DNA from: an uncultured virus (IMG/VR IMGVR_UViG_3300037466_003572)
Lineage: Duplodnaviria; Heunggongvirae; Uroviricota; Caudoviricetes
Strand: one strand, 5' to 3'
IMG/VR virus record: IMGVR_UViG_3300037466_003572
Length of the DNA stretch: 20,000 bases
Below are positions 1-7,869 of the stretch, one piece after another. Position 1 is the first letter of the stretch. The number at the start of each line of letters is the position of its first letter. The notes below the pieces were generated by a model. That model was not told where the DNA came from, ran no database searches, and saw nothing but the letters and a program-made list of their open reading frames with translations. The position numbers were made by a program, and so were the translations under genes.

Positions 1-242
1 CCGCCTTGGAATGCAAGATCAATAGGACCAACGTTAGCGTCACCGTATAATGCTTTTGCATCGTCAAGTGAAGTAAATTCGCTCACCTTTTTAGCAGGTG
101 CAGTACCGTAAGTTTCTAAAGTTAATGCAACAACACCAGCCTTATCCGCATTAGCAACTACCGCCTTAGCAGCATCAACAAAGCGAACATAAAGACCTGG
201 ACGTGAGTTTTGGCTCATATCACTATTCCATAATCCAGCCAT
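1..242 (-). CDS. Contractile tail sheath protein (XkdK-like), 5' part; runs off the window edge
   Basis: Not in the ORF track. ATG at 242 follows a GGAGG RBS and reads MAGLWNSDMSQNSRPGLYVRFVDAAKAVVANADKAGVVAL..., open to base 1. The RPGLYVRF N-terminus is typical of Firmicutes phage sheath proteins, and the position after the head-tail genes fits. Confidence 0.85.
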   Translation of the reverse strand, partial: MAGLWNSDMSQNSRPGLYVRFVDAAKAVVANADKAGVVALTLETYGTAPAKKVSEFTSLDDAKALYGDANVGPIDLAFQG

Positions 243-253
243 TTTTGTACCTC

Positions 254-700
254 CTAATTGTTTTGGTTAATAGTAACTTCATTAATTTTTCCGGAATCAA
301 TTTGTGGCTTCACTTCTCGTGTATCAGCACGCATGACACCGATAATTGCTGAACGATTGTTTTCGTCCACAAAAGGAGCAGAAAAATTGAAGTATCGAAC
401 ACGAATATAATTATCCGAATTCTTTACTTGAAGTGCGAGAGATTGATCATGAAGAGATGATTTAATTCTCTCCATTACATCGAGCACATCTAATGTGGAG
501 TCCCCATAATAAATGAGTTCCCACATGCGAGAATTTAAAAATGTGGCAGCGGTATCAGGCGTTGAATCTGTTCGACTGAATCGAATAAACAGCGTTTTAA
601 CAGCGGGATCAGCAGGGATATTTTGTCTCTCGATGGAGATTTCCGGAAACTCAACGCTGAAATAATCAACAAACGTTTCAAGTTCATCTAATAGACTCAT
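254..700 (-). CDS. Putative tail terminator / tail completion protein
   Basis: About 148 aa, immediately upstream of the sheath gene; start ATG 700 (or GTG/ATG at 706/709). The call rests on size and synteny. Confidence 0.6.
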   Translation of the reverse strand: MSLLDELETFVDYFSVEFPEISIERQNIPADPAVKTLFIRFSRTDSTPDTAATFLNSRMWELIYYGDSTLDVLDVMERIKSSLHDQSLALQVKNSDNYIRVRYFNFSAPFVDENNRSAIIGVMRADTREVKPQIDSGKINEVTINQNN

Positions 701-702
701 AT

Positions 703-1134
703 TTACCACCCGATTCCTTTAAGTTCTCTTCTAATATTTTTTTCTATTTTTACACCCAATAATTTTTCATTTGCTTTTCCGGAAACATCTAGATGCTGAC
801 TGACGCCGCTATATTTCACATGAGAATCATGCGGTCTAACTTCGTGCCAATAATAAGCATAGTTAAATGTTCCGTAAGTTTTGCTTGGTCTAATTGCATC
901 TGTTCGAATAGTTCCTTGAAGATCTAAAATGTCACCAATTTGTTTTACGCCATTTGGCTTTATATTTCTTTTCAAATTACCGCTTTTTTCTTGTGCAATT
1001 TCACGTGCTTTATCTCCCCACGTATCAAGTGCTTCTTCGATACCGTCATGCGCGCCAATAGCCGCTGCAGTACGGACCTCTTCGACCATACGACAAAACG
1101 TATCGAGTTTTGGAATCTCAAAACTAGCTTCCAT
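703..1134 (-). CDS. HK97 gp10 / XkdI-like neck protein
   Basis: 143 aa with a KSGNLKRNI motif and NYAYYWHE (YA..VHE-like), both typical of the HK97 gp10 family; synteny agrees. Confidence 0.75.
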   Translation of the reverse strand: MEASFEIPKLDTFCRMVEEVRTAAAIGAHDGIEEALDTWGDKAREIAQEKSGNLKRNIKPNGVKQIGDILDLQGTIRTDAIRPSKTYGTFNYAYYWHEVRPHDSHVKYSGVSQHLDVSGKANEKLLGVKIEKNIRRELKGIGW

Positions 1135-1484
1135 TACTTGCCACCTACTTCAACTACCGTATAAATCGGTCTACCGCTGATATTGCGGATAAATCCGATA
1201 GATATCGGCACATAAATATTGGACTTTCCAAGCTCGTTAATAAACTCGATGTCATCGTCTTGTGTAATATCTACGATTCCGGGAATAAACACTTTTGCAT
1301 AATTCACAATTTCGCGATTACGGACATTTCGAACATCTTCTTCCGTTGAAACCATCTTTAAAGAACGTGTACCTTCCACGATACGGCATTTATACTCAAC
1401 CGGTTCAAGACTAACTTTACCGCCCCATCCATCACTAGCGATACCTTTTTTGTGAACAATTATTTTATTATAAGTTGGAATCAT
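1134..1484 (-). CDS. Putative head closure (stopper) protein
   Basis: 116 aa, beta-rich, with DGWGG near the N-terminus; lies between the adaptor and the gp10-like gene; stop overlaps the next start. Confidence 0.6.
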   Translation of the reverse strand: MIPTYNKIIVHKKGIASDGWGGKVSLEPVEYKCRIVEGTRSLKMVSTEEDVRNVRNREIVNYAKVFIPGIVDITQDDDIEFINELGKSNIYVPISIGFIRNISGRPIYTVVEVGGK

Positions 1485-1883
1485 CTAGATTCCCGTCCAT
1501 TTTAATTTCTGTTCAACAGATTCGATATTGTTTGCTTTATTGATGAGTTTAACGGCATGTTTTGGAAGGTAGTCTAATAGGTTAATATCGCCTTGTTCTT
1601 TGATGCCAGCCGCTTTGAAGTCAAAGCTACCAAGACCAACAATTGAAAAACTATTGATGCCATGTTTTTGAAGCCTGTTCGTGTCATTAAAAACAATCAT
1701 CAGTGCGTTTGTGAACTCGAAAACGGCTTCATCGGGAATGATTAAATCCACGTATTGTTCGACTAGAGCGCGCTCTGCTACGTTTAAAAATCGTTGTTTT
1801 CTCGTATCATCTGCAATCATCCAGTCATCAATATCGAGGCAATATGACGTAATATAGTTATCCGCCGATTCGATTGACATCAC
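1485..1883 (-). CDS. Putative head-tail adaptor/connector protein
   Basis: 132 aa; N-terminus SIESADNYI and GINSFSIVG fit adaptor proteins; synteny downstream of the capsid gene; GAGGTG RBS. Confidence 0.6.
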   Translation of the reverse strand: MMSIESADNYITSYCLDIDDWMIADDTRKQRFLNVAERALVEQYVDLIIPDEAVFEFTNALMIVFNDTNRLQKHGINSFSIVGLGSFDFKAAGIKEQGDINLLDYLPKHAVKLINKANNIESVEQKLKWTGI

Positions 1884-1901
1884 AACGCGTCACCTCTTTT
1901 A

Positions 1902-2216
1902 TTATTTTTTGTGAACCGGACAATAATCTTCACCAGGAAGTGCATCTTTTTTACACTGTTTACCTGAAGTAGTAATTGCAATACATTGTTTTGCTGGTTC
2001 TTCATGAACCTCTTCAATTTCTTCTACCGGAACTGCTTCAGGAAGAACTTCAACAACCTCAAGCTCTTCAACAAGCTGAACATAAGTAGGACATAATGAT
2101 TTTAATAGTTCGACTTCTTCGGGTTTATCCGTTTGGTAATCACCGAAATAATCAAAGCGAATGCTTAAATCATCTTTTGTTACTTTATAAAATTGACTAG
2201 ACCTAAATTTAAACAC
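1902..2216 (-). CDS. Hypothetical virion-module protein with a C-terminal CCCH zinc-finger-like motif
   Basis: 104 aa, GTG start after AAGGAGG; acidic linker, then C-x9-C-x10-C-x2-H (CIAITTSGKQCKKDALPGEDYCPVH). Confidence 0.7.
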   Translation of the reverse strand: MFKFRSSQFYKVTKDDLSIRFDYFGDYQTDKPEEVELLKSLCPTYVQLVEELEVVEVLPEAVPVEEIEEVHEEPAKQCIAITTSGKQCKKDALPGEDYCPVHKK

Positions 2217-2251
2217 CGAATCGACCTCCTTGTGGTGGGTCTATTGACAAA

Positions 2252-2285
2252 TAAAAAAGAAAGACGCCAGGATAATCCCAGCGTC
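2252..2285 (-). terminator. Intrinsic terminator after the major capsid gene
   Basis: Minus strand reads GACGCTGGGA-TTA-TCCTGGCGTC followed by TTTCTTTTTT. Confidence 0.8.
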
Positions 2286-2294
2286 AAACTTTTA

Positions 2295-3407
2295 TTAAGC
2301 TACAGTTGGGCTAAGGTTTTCGATGATAGCGATTTTTTCTTTCGCGTTCTTAACCTTAATACCGATTTCTCCACGAATCTGACGAGCAACGAAGTCAGCA
2401 CCCGGTTGGTCAGCAGAAACGTCGTATACCGGACGTAAGCTGTGCATAGAGATGATAGACTTGTCGAATAAAGCAACTTTATTCTTAGGCATGTTAGGAT
2501 CAACAACCACATAAGCAAGTCCGCCACCAACTAAGTCAGATTGGAATGCAGAGATTACATGACCAGTAGTTTGGTCTTGACGTACAGTTTGGATAGTGCT
2601 TCCTGCTAATTTAGACAATTGACGAGCACCAGCAGTGTTAGTCAAGATTGTGTTAGCAGAACCGCCACGTTTGAAGATTTCTTCGAAAGAATCGTTAATC
2701 ATCTTAGCAGAAAGTTCTCCGCCAGAAGCGTTTTCTTTGTATGAACCTTCGATTTCAGCGAAATTGAATAATCCACCAGTCATTGAAGGAGTTCCAGCTC
2801 CACCTTGGATACGACGACCGTAAATAGCGATATCGTTTAATTCACGAGCCATTTCTTTAAGGCGTAATTCAACTTGGTAGTTAAGTTCATTTGTTACGTT
2901 ATAAGTGTTAACAGCCATTTGTGTGTTAGATACAGCAGCATAACGCTCAACGATTTGAGTGTAGTTGTACTGAGTATATCTGTCGTGACCTTCATCTTGT
3001 CCAGGTCCAGCGCCTTGAAGTTGTGGACGAGATACGATACGAATTTCAGCGCCTGATGCAAGATCAGCAGCTAAAGTTCCGTCGAATCCACGAACAACAG
3101 TGATAACGTCACCAGCAACAGCAGTAACTTTCATATACTCTTCGCCAGCTACTAAAATAGCGTTAACGCGGAATTTAGCACCATCGCCAGCAGCAACATC
3201 TAAAGTAGTATCAGCAGCAAGTGCAGCAGCAGATAAAGTTGCGCGGTTAGAGTTTAAGTTGTCGCTCATCCACTCGTATTTAGTTTGAGTAAGTCTTTCA
3301 CCGTTTAATCCGATAAGACCTAATAGAGTAGGAGCATCTTCGATAATTAATGAAATACCAGATTCAAGTTCACGTACTTGATCTTTAAAGTCATAAGTTA
3401 ATAGCAT
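2295..3407 (-). CDS. Major capsid protein (SU10 MCP / DUF5309-like)
   Basis: 370 aa directly after the scaffold gene; motifs TKYEWMSD, YNYTQI, ELNYQV..RLKEMARELN and MTGGL match this capsid family; followed by a terminator. Confidence 0.88.
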   Translation of the reverse strand: MLLTYDFKDQVRELESGISLIIEDAPTLLGLIGLNGERLTQTKYEWMSDNLNSNRATLSAAALAADTTLDVAAGDGAKFRVNAILVAGEEYMKVTAVAGDVITVVRGFDGTLAADLASGAEIRIVSRPQLQGAGPGQDEGHDRYTQYNYTQIVERYAAVSNTQMAVNTYNVTNELNYQVELRLKEMARELNDIAIYGRRIQGGAGTPSMTGGLFNFAEIEGSYKENASGGELSAKMINDSFEEIFKRGGSANTILTNTAGARQLSKLAGSTIQTVRQDQTTGHVISAFQSDLVGGGLAYVVVDPNMPKNKVALFDKSIISMHSLRPVYDVSADQPGADFVARQIRGEIGIKVKNAKEKIAIIENLSPTVA

Positions 3408-3425
3408 GTGTAGTAACCTCCATTA

Positions 3426-4157
3426 TTATTTTACTAAGTTTTTAAGTTTGTTCGAAAGCTCAATGACTTTCGCGAAATTTTTGTTTTTCTTTGCTTCTGC
3501 TAGTTCTTCTTTTAAAGTATCAACTTCGCTAGAAGATGTTCCACCAGAAGGATCGCCGACGACACGTGGTTTAGGATCCGGTTTTGCGACCAAATAAGAG
3601 CGATTGTCGACAAGTGTTTTCACAATGTCAGCAACGCCTTGTGGCTTGCCGTTTTCATCGAATTTTACCGCGGATAAATCCTCACCGGCAAGTTTGATCG
3701 CATCATCGATGTATGCAATATTTTCTTGCGTTGCGAGTTTGATAAATTCGTTGATTACTTTTTCTCTTTTATTTTCTTCTTGTAATCTAGCAAGAAGTTT
3801 TTCGTGTTCTTCTGCTTTCGCTTTTGCTTCAGCGGCTTCAGCATTCGCACGTTCAATTTCGGACATTTGCGCCTTACGGGCTTCTTCTGCCTTTTGATCA
3901 GCTTCGGATTTGAAGTTTTTAAGTTCATCGTAATCTTCAAATTTCTTAAGAGCACGATTTAAACGATCTTGAATAATAGCATCAAGTTGTTCTTGTGTAA
4001 ACTTCGCTTCTGTTTTTGGTGCCGGAGTTGGTTCGGGATTACCGCTCCCATTTGGCGTAGGTTCCGGATTTGGCGTTGGCTCGGGAGTTCCCGCTCCGCC
4101 GTTTCCACCATCAGCTTCAAATTTAGGCATTGCATTCATCCAATACTTCATAAACAT
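3426..4157 (-). CDS. Capsid scaffold protein
   Basis: 243 aa; Gly/Pro-rich N-terminus with PEPTPN repeats, the KFTQEQLDAIIQDRL motif and a long coiled coil; immediately upstream of the capsid gene; GAGGAGG RBS. Confidence 0.88.
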   Translation of the reverse strand: MFMKYWMNAMPKFEADGGNGGAGTPEPTPNPEPTPNGSGNPEPTPAPKTEAKFTQEQLDAIIQDRLNRALKKFEDYDELKNFKSEADQKAEEARKAQMSEIERANAEAAEAKAKAEEHEKLLARLQEENKREKVINEFIKLATQENIAYIDDAIKLAGEDLSAVKFDENGKPQGVADIVKTLVDNRSYLVAKPDPKPRVVGDPSGGTSSSEVDTLKEELAEAKKNKNFAKVIELSNKLKNLVK

Positions 4158-4174
4158 TAATCTTCATCCTCCTC

Positions 4175-4233
4175 AGTTTTACGTCCCGGTAGACGAGTAA
4201 GGTTTCCATGCGTTTTACGTCCGCAAGTACGAC
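4175..4233 (-). repeat. Tandem leader motif TCGT-N7-GGACGTAAAAC (2 copies) upstream of the scaffold RBS
   Basis: Minus strand reads TCGTACTTGCGGACGTAAAAC and TCGTCTACCGGGACGTAAAAC; the second copy abuts TGAGGAGG. Confidence 0.7.
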
Positions 4234-4237
4234 CAAA

Positions 4238-4262
4238 AATAAGAAAAACCGCAAAAAGCGGT
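4238..4262 (-). terminator. Putative intrinsic terminator between the minor head and scaffold genes
   Basis: Minus strand reads ACCGC-TTTTT-GCGGT followed by TTTTCTTATTTTT. Confidence 0.55.
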
Positions 4263-4323
4263 AAATAAACTTATCGTTCTATTGTGTAACTTTTGTAGGC
4301 TTTTTCAACGACTTTTTTAAAAA

Positions 4324-4494
4324 TTACACATCATAACCAGCGTTTTGTACAAATTTTTCAACCGTTTTACTGTTTCGTGATCCACTGGATAATGCCGTAT
4401 CACCAAGTTCCCCTTGTTTACGTGCTTTCTTTAGTTCAGAATCACTTAAAAATTCTGTGCCACGAATTGGGAGAACGCGGTGCCTGCAATTTGG
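4324..4494 (-). CDS. Minor head (capsid morphogenesis, MuF / SPP1 gp7-like) protein, exon 2
   Basis: Reads PNCRHRVLPIRGTEFLSDSELKKARKQGELGDTALSSGSRNSKTVEKFVQNAGYDV*. Joined to exon 1 (...GQIFH) it restores the family motif FHPNCRH. Confidence 0.9.
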   Translation of the reverse strand, partial: PNCRHRVLPIRGTEFLSDSELKKARKQGELGDTALSSGSRNSKTVEKFVQNAGYDV

Positions 4495-4968
4495 CTAAAA
4501 TCTATCAATTTACTATTTTGATAGCACGGACTATATCACACTCTACTTGAGAGTTTGTGCGCTTCGAATTGGTACCAATCTCCAACCCTACTCTACTAAA
4601 AAAGACAACCATTAGGTTGTCAGTTTGTTCGATAGTCTCTACACTTCTTTATATTTCCAAATAAATCCGCCAGCAGTTTTGCGTTTTGGGAGACCGTTGC
4701 ACACTTTATCAATCGGAATATTTTTTCCAAAGACTCTTTGTGCTTCACGCATCGACGGATATTCTGCTATAAAATTTCCTTCCTTATCGAACTGAAGTAC
4801 AGGTTTACTCATAGACGGGTTATTTTTATTAATGCAGACATTTGGAATAAAAAAGCACGGGATTGTCCATTTTTAAGAGGATTTCCCCGTTAGCAGCATA
4901 AAGCCACACCCTTTGGTAAGGTTCACACAATTATTCGATTAGGTTCGCACCTAAAAGCCACCCATTTG
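4495..4968 (-). ncRNA. Group I self-splicing intron (probably subgroup IA), 474 nt
   Basis: The 5' exon ends in U (CAU) and the intron ends in G. P1: exon CCAU pairs with GUGG including the U-G wobble. P10: UGG pairs with the 3' exon CCA. P2: UUAGGU-GCGA-ACCUAA. P3: UUGUGUG/CGCACAA. P element AACGGGGAAAUCC, Q element CAAUCCCGUGC, R element UGUAGAGACUAU, S element GUGAUAUAGUCC (P7 GACUAU/AUAGUC). Extra stems lie between P7 and P3'. P8: ACUCU/AGAGU. P9: UAUCAA/UUGAUA. Confidence 0.93.
4639..4812 (-). pseudogene. Intron-borne homing endonuclease remnant (NUMOD1/IENR1-type DNA-binding domain only), 57 aa
   Basis: MSKPVLQFDKEGNFIAEYPSMREAQRVFGKNIPIDKVCNGLPKRKTAGGFIWKYKEV* matches the NUMOD1 pattern (KPVxQxDxxGxxIxxxxSxxEA...CxG...TAGGxxWxY). 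It lies in the P6 loop, has no nuclease domain and no clear RBS. Confidence 0.82.
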
Positions 4969-5751
4969 ATGGAAAATTTGCCCGCTATTTTTAAGTTCTT
5001 GAACGCTTGGGTACGGAGCATCGATAGAATCATCGAGTTTTACAATTCGACCCTGATGAAAACGACATGCATCTTTTGTGTTTGGTGCAAGTGTTATTTG
5101 ACCGAGTGTATATCCGCGATTAATTCCTTCGTTTATACTTGCATCGTTTTGCGCATTCATTAAAGAAGTGTTAGCGATCATATTAATATACTGATCCATT
5201 TTCCAATTTCTTCCCATCGAATCCGTAATCACATTATCCACTTTATCGCCGTAAAGTGCCTTTAATTGCGTTTTTGTATTTTTTGCGGAATCTAATCCAT
5301 CTTGACGTTTTTCAAGGGTCTGTTTTCGCATATTTTCAGATAATATTTCGCGAACAGATTGACGAGCTCGTTTTTGAATATTATCGCCAACGTTATCAAG
5401 ATTGTTTTGAAGTTCTTCGATGGCAGCATTAATTAGCGCTTTATTAGATATATTAATAGAAATTTTCGCATCCGGAATATCAATATCCAAATTATCTAGC
5501 GCATAAGAAACGCCGTTAGTGACAGAAATTTTAATCATACGGTCTGCCCAGGAGTGATTAAAAGATTTAATATCTTTTGTTTTACTCTCGATTTCTTTTA
5601 ATATTTTATCGGTATCTTTTTTTGAAATACTGCCAGATTGCTGTTTTTGTTTAAGGAGAAGAAGCAGCAAAATAACTGCTTCAACGTAATGGTTATTCTC
5701 ATCAGCAAGCGCAGTAATTTCGTCATCATAATTCATCGTATCTTGATTCAC
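4969..5751 (-). CDS. Minor head (capsid morphogenesis, MuF / SPP1 gp7-like) protein, exon 1; spliced product 317 aa
   Basis: Lies between portal and scaffold; carries the DSMGRNWKMDQY and DACRFHQGRIV motifs of phage minor capsid proteins; ends at IFH just before the intron. Confidence 0.9.
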
Positions 5752-5754
5752 TTA

Positions 5755-7308
5755 TTACGCCCCCTGGTTATTGAATATAGTAGAATCAACCGTCCCAGTT
5801 TGTGAGATCTCATCTTCACGGATTTTCTTCGCCATATCTTCAGCGGTAACATCATCAAGTCCATCAAGTGTCTTAAGTGCGGATACCTTATCGATAAGTC
5901 CGTTTTGATAACGAAGAACCGTATTTTCAACAACTTCTTTATCATTACGAGGAATACCGGTAGATAACTGAATTCTTGGGCGAACAGGTGTATAGGCAAT
6001 AAAACCTTTAACATAGCCATTATCCGTTTTGTTTACTTCGTTTTCTAAAACTTGTGCATAATAGAACGCATCTCCTAAAACTTCAACGAGGCTAGAGTTA
6101 AGACGGTCAAGTAGCGCCGATACCGGAGCATAGCGAAGTTTAGTAGTTGAAGAGTCGGTATGAGACGTACCACCACCGGAAACATTCGCATTTGTAATGC
6201 TGGAACCGAATAACCAACTAGGAAGCTGCGCCATTAAAAAGACGTTATTTAAAAGCATGTCAAGCTCCTGGAAGTTATACTGCAGGTGTGGTTCCCATGT
6301 GACATATTTTAAGTCCGGATCTTCGTTTGAACGTTCCATATAAGCACCACTTAAATTAAGAAGTGCAGAATTGCCTTCAATATGCGGACCCACCAAAATT
6401 GGATCTGAGTGTTTGTGGAGTATCCAATCGATAGCTGTTAAACGGTCTGCGATCGCAACCAAATATTCAGCAATCTTTTCAATAGCACCGGTTCCTCTCC
6501 AATCAAGATCGGTTTGCTTATATGGGAAGTGGAATACAAGCGGTTTTTCAACGCCAGTATAAACTAGATTTTCCTCGCGTCCTGTACCTACTTCGTCGCC
6601 AATTGTATAAACCGGAACAGAAACGTCATAATATAGATCGTTTACATAATCGAGCTTAAGTTCATAACGTTTGTACTGAACATAAAACGGAATATGACGC
6701 TCAACAACAAGATACGGAATTTCATCTTTTCCGATTTGTACCCACTCGATATTTGCAATATTAACCGCTTTGAAATCTTTTTTAGAACCTTTAGCAAGTT
6801 CCGGGAATACCATTTCAGGACTAAGTGACTGCATCACAATCTCCGGTTTCACCGTATCAGGAATCATCGGTTCAATTCCGAGTGAACGTTGCATCTTAAA
6901 TAGTTCCGTAAAATCCTGGCGATAGTTAAAGTAAACTTTTAAAAAGCTATCACCGTGAATCGCACCAGTTACCGTCATTCTGAAAATTAAATTACGAATA
7001 TTATTCGCTTTTTCAATGCGGTCAACCGCTTTTTGCTCCTCTGTATTCACGTCTTTACCGGAATCGATAATCGGTGGTTCGGAAAGTAGCAATTCAGACG
7101 GTTTCGTGCAGATAACATCCGCTAAATTACAACCTAAATATAGTTTACTAATTTGATCGCGTTGCGGACGATCCTTTAAGAAATCCTGCAGACGATTATA
7201 TATATCATCTTGTTTTGCTTCGTAAAATGCCTCCATCGCTTTATAAAGCGCAAGTCTTTCTACTTCTTCTACTGGCGGAAACTGCGCGCCGGTTTCAAAT
7301 AAAGCCAT
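5755..7308 (-). CDS. Portal protein (SPP1 gp6-like)
   Basis: 517 aa; N-terminus MALFETGAQFPP, NLADVICTKPSELLLSEPP, GDSFLKV and KHSDP motifs; lies between the terminase and minor head genes; GGAGG RBS. Confidence 0.9.
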   Translation of the reverse strand: MALFETGAQFPPVEEVERLALYKAMEAFYEAKQDDIYNRLQDFLKDRPQRDQISKLYLGCNLADVICTKPSELLLSEPPIIDSGKDVNTEEQKAVDRIEKANNIRNLIFRMTVTGAIHGDSFLKVYFNYRQDFTELFKMQRSLGIEPMIPDTVKPEIVMQSLSPEMVFPELAKGSKKDFKAVNIANIEWVQIGKDEIPYLVVERHIPFYVQYKRYELKLDYVNDLYYDVSVPVYTIGDEVGTGREENLVYTGVEKPLVFHFPYKQTDLDWRGTGAIEKIAEYLVAIADRLTAIDWILHKHSDPILVGPHIEGNSALLNLSGAYMERSNEDPDLKYVTWEPHLQYNFQELDMLLNNVFLMAQLPSWLFGSSITNANVSGGGTSHTDSSTTKLRYAPVSALLDRLNSSLVEVLGDAFYYAQVLENEVNKTDNGYVKGFIAYTPVRPRIQLSTGIPRNDKEVVENTVLRYQNGLIDKVSALKTLDGLDDVTAEDMAKKIREDEISQTGTVDSTIFNNQGA

Positions 7309-7326
7309 CGTTCATACCTCCTAGGG

Positions 7327-7764
7327 TTATTCTTCGTCATCTTCAACTAATTTTTCAAGTTCAGCAATCTCTTGTTCCATTTCTTCATTCGATTTAGTAC
7401 CATTGCCGATATTAACATTAAGATTTTTATCTTCTTTTAATAGACCGCGATATTTAAAATATAATTCAATTCCTTTGAATGATTTATGAGAACGAAGGGC
7501 ATCTTTAAAGATCGCCATTACTTCTGTTTCAAAGTTATTCATAATATCGCGGGTAATCATTGCTTTGTACTCAATAAAATCAGACTCTTGTTGATAACGC
7601 CACAGTTGCATGCGTGAAACACCAACTTCATCTGCAATTTGTTGCTGCGTCCAGCCGAAATATTCCGTATCTTCATCGGCAAGTTGTGACTGAACAAGAA
7701 GCCATGCAGCTTTTTGTTTTTTCGGGCTGAGTGAAGCCTCAAGTTCTTTACGAGATTTAGCCAT
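7327..7764 (-). CDS. phBC6A51-family helix-turn-helix protein, probable terminase small subunit
   Basis: Start moved to ATG 7764 (GGAGGAG RBS). LSPKKQKAAWLLV, an HTH (TQQQIADEVGVSRMQLWRY), FIEY, KGIELYFKYRGLL and a C-terminal coiled segment fit this family. Confidence 0.72.
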   Translation of the reverse strand: MAKSRKELEASLSPKKQKAAWLLVQSQLADEDTEYFGWTQQQIADEVGVSRMQLWRYQQESDFIEYKAMITRDIMNNFETEVMAIFKDALRSHKSFKGIELYFKYRGLLKEDKNLNVNIGNGTKSNEEMEQEIAELEKLVEDDEE

Positions 7765-7789
7765 TTTTACTCCTCCGTAAATTAAATTA

Positions 7790-7825
7790 AAATAAAAAAG
7801 AACCGCTCCTGCGCATCGAACGGTT
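7790..7825 (-). terminator. Putative intrinsic terminator/attenuator between terL and the terS-like gene
   Basis: Minus strand reads AACCGTTC-N9-GAGCGGTT followed by CTTTTTTATTTT. Confidence 0.55.
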
Positions 7826-7869
7826 AATTTCTCAACAAATCCCACCTGCCACCCACCGATTACGGTATT

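Noticed and set aside
4100..4157. Host Prp protease cleavage motif (L27-like LQFFA) at the scaffold N-terminus
   Set aside because: MNAMPKFEADGG resembles it only loosely; not enough support.
4951..5751. Minor head gene as a complete 266-aa ORF, or as a pseudogene or frameshift
   Set aside because: The missing PNCRH half of the motif lies 474 nt downstream, beyond a full set of group I intron elements; splicing explains it better.
7765..7845. N-terminal extension of ORF 7327-7845
   Set aside because: It overlaps a terminator-like hairpin; GGAGGAG precedes ATG 7764.
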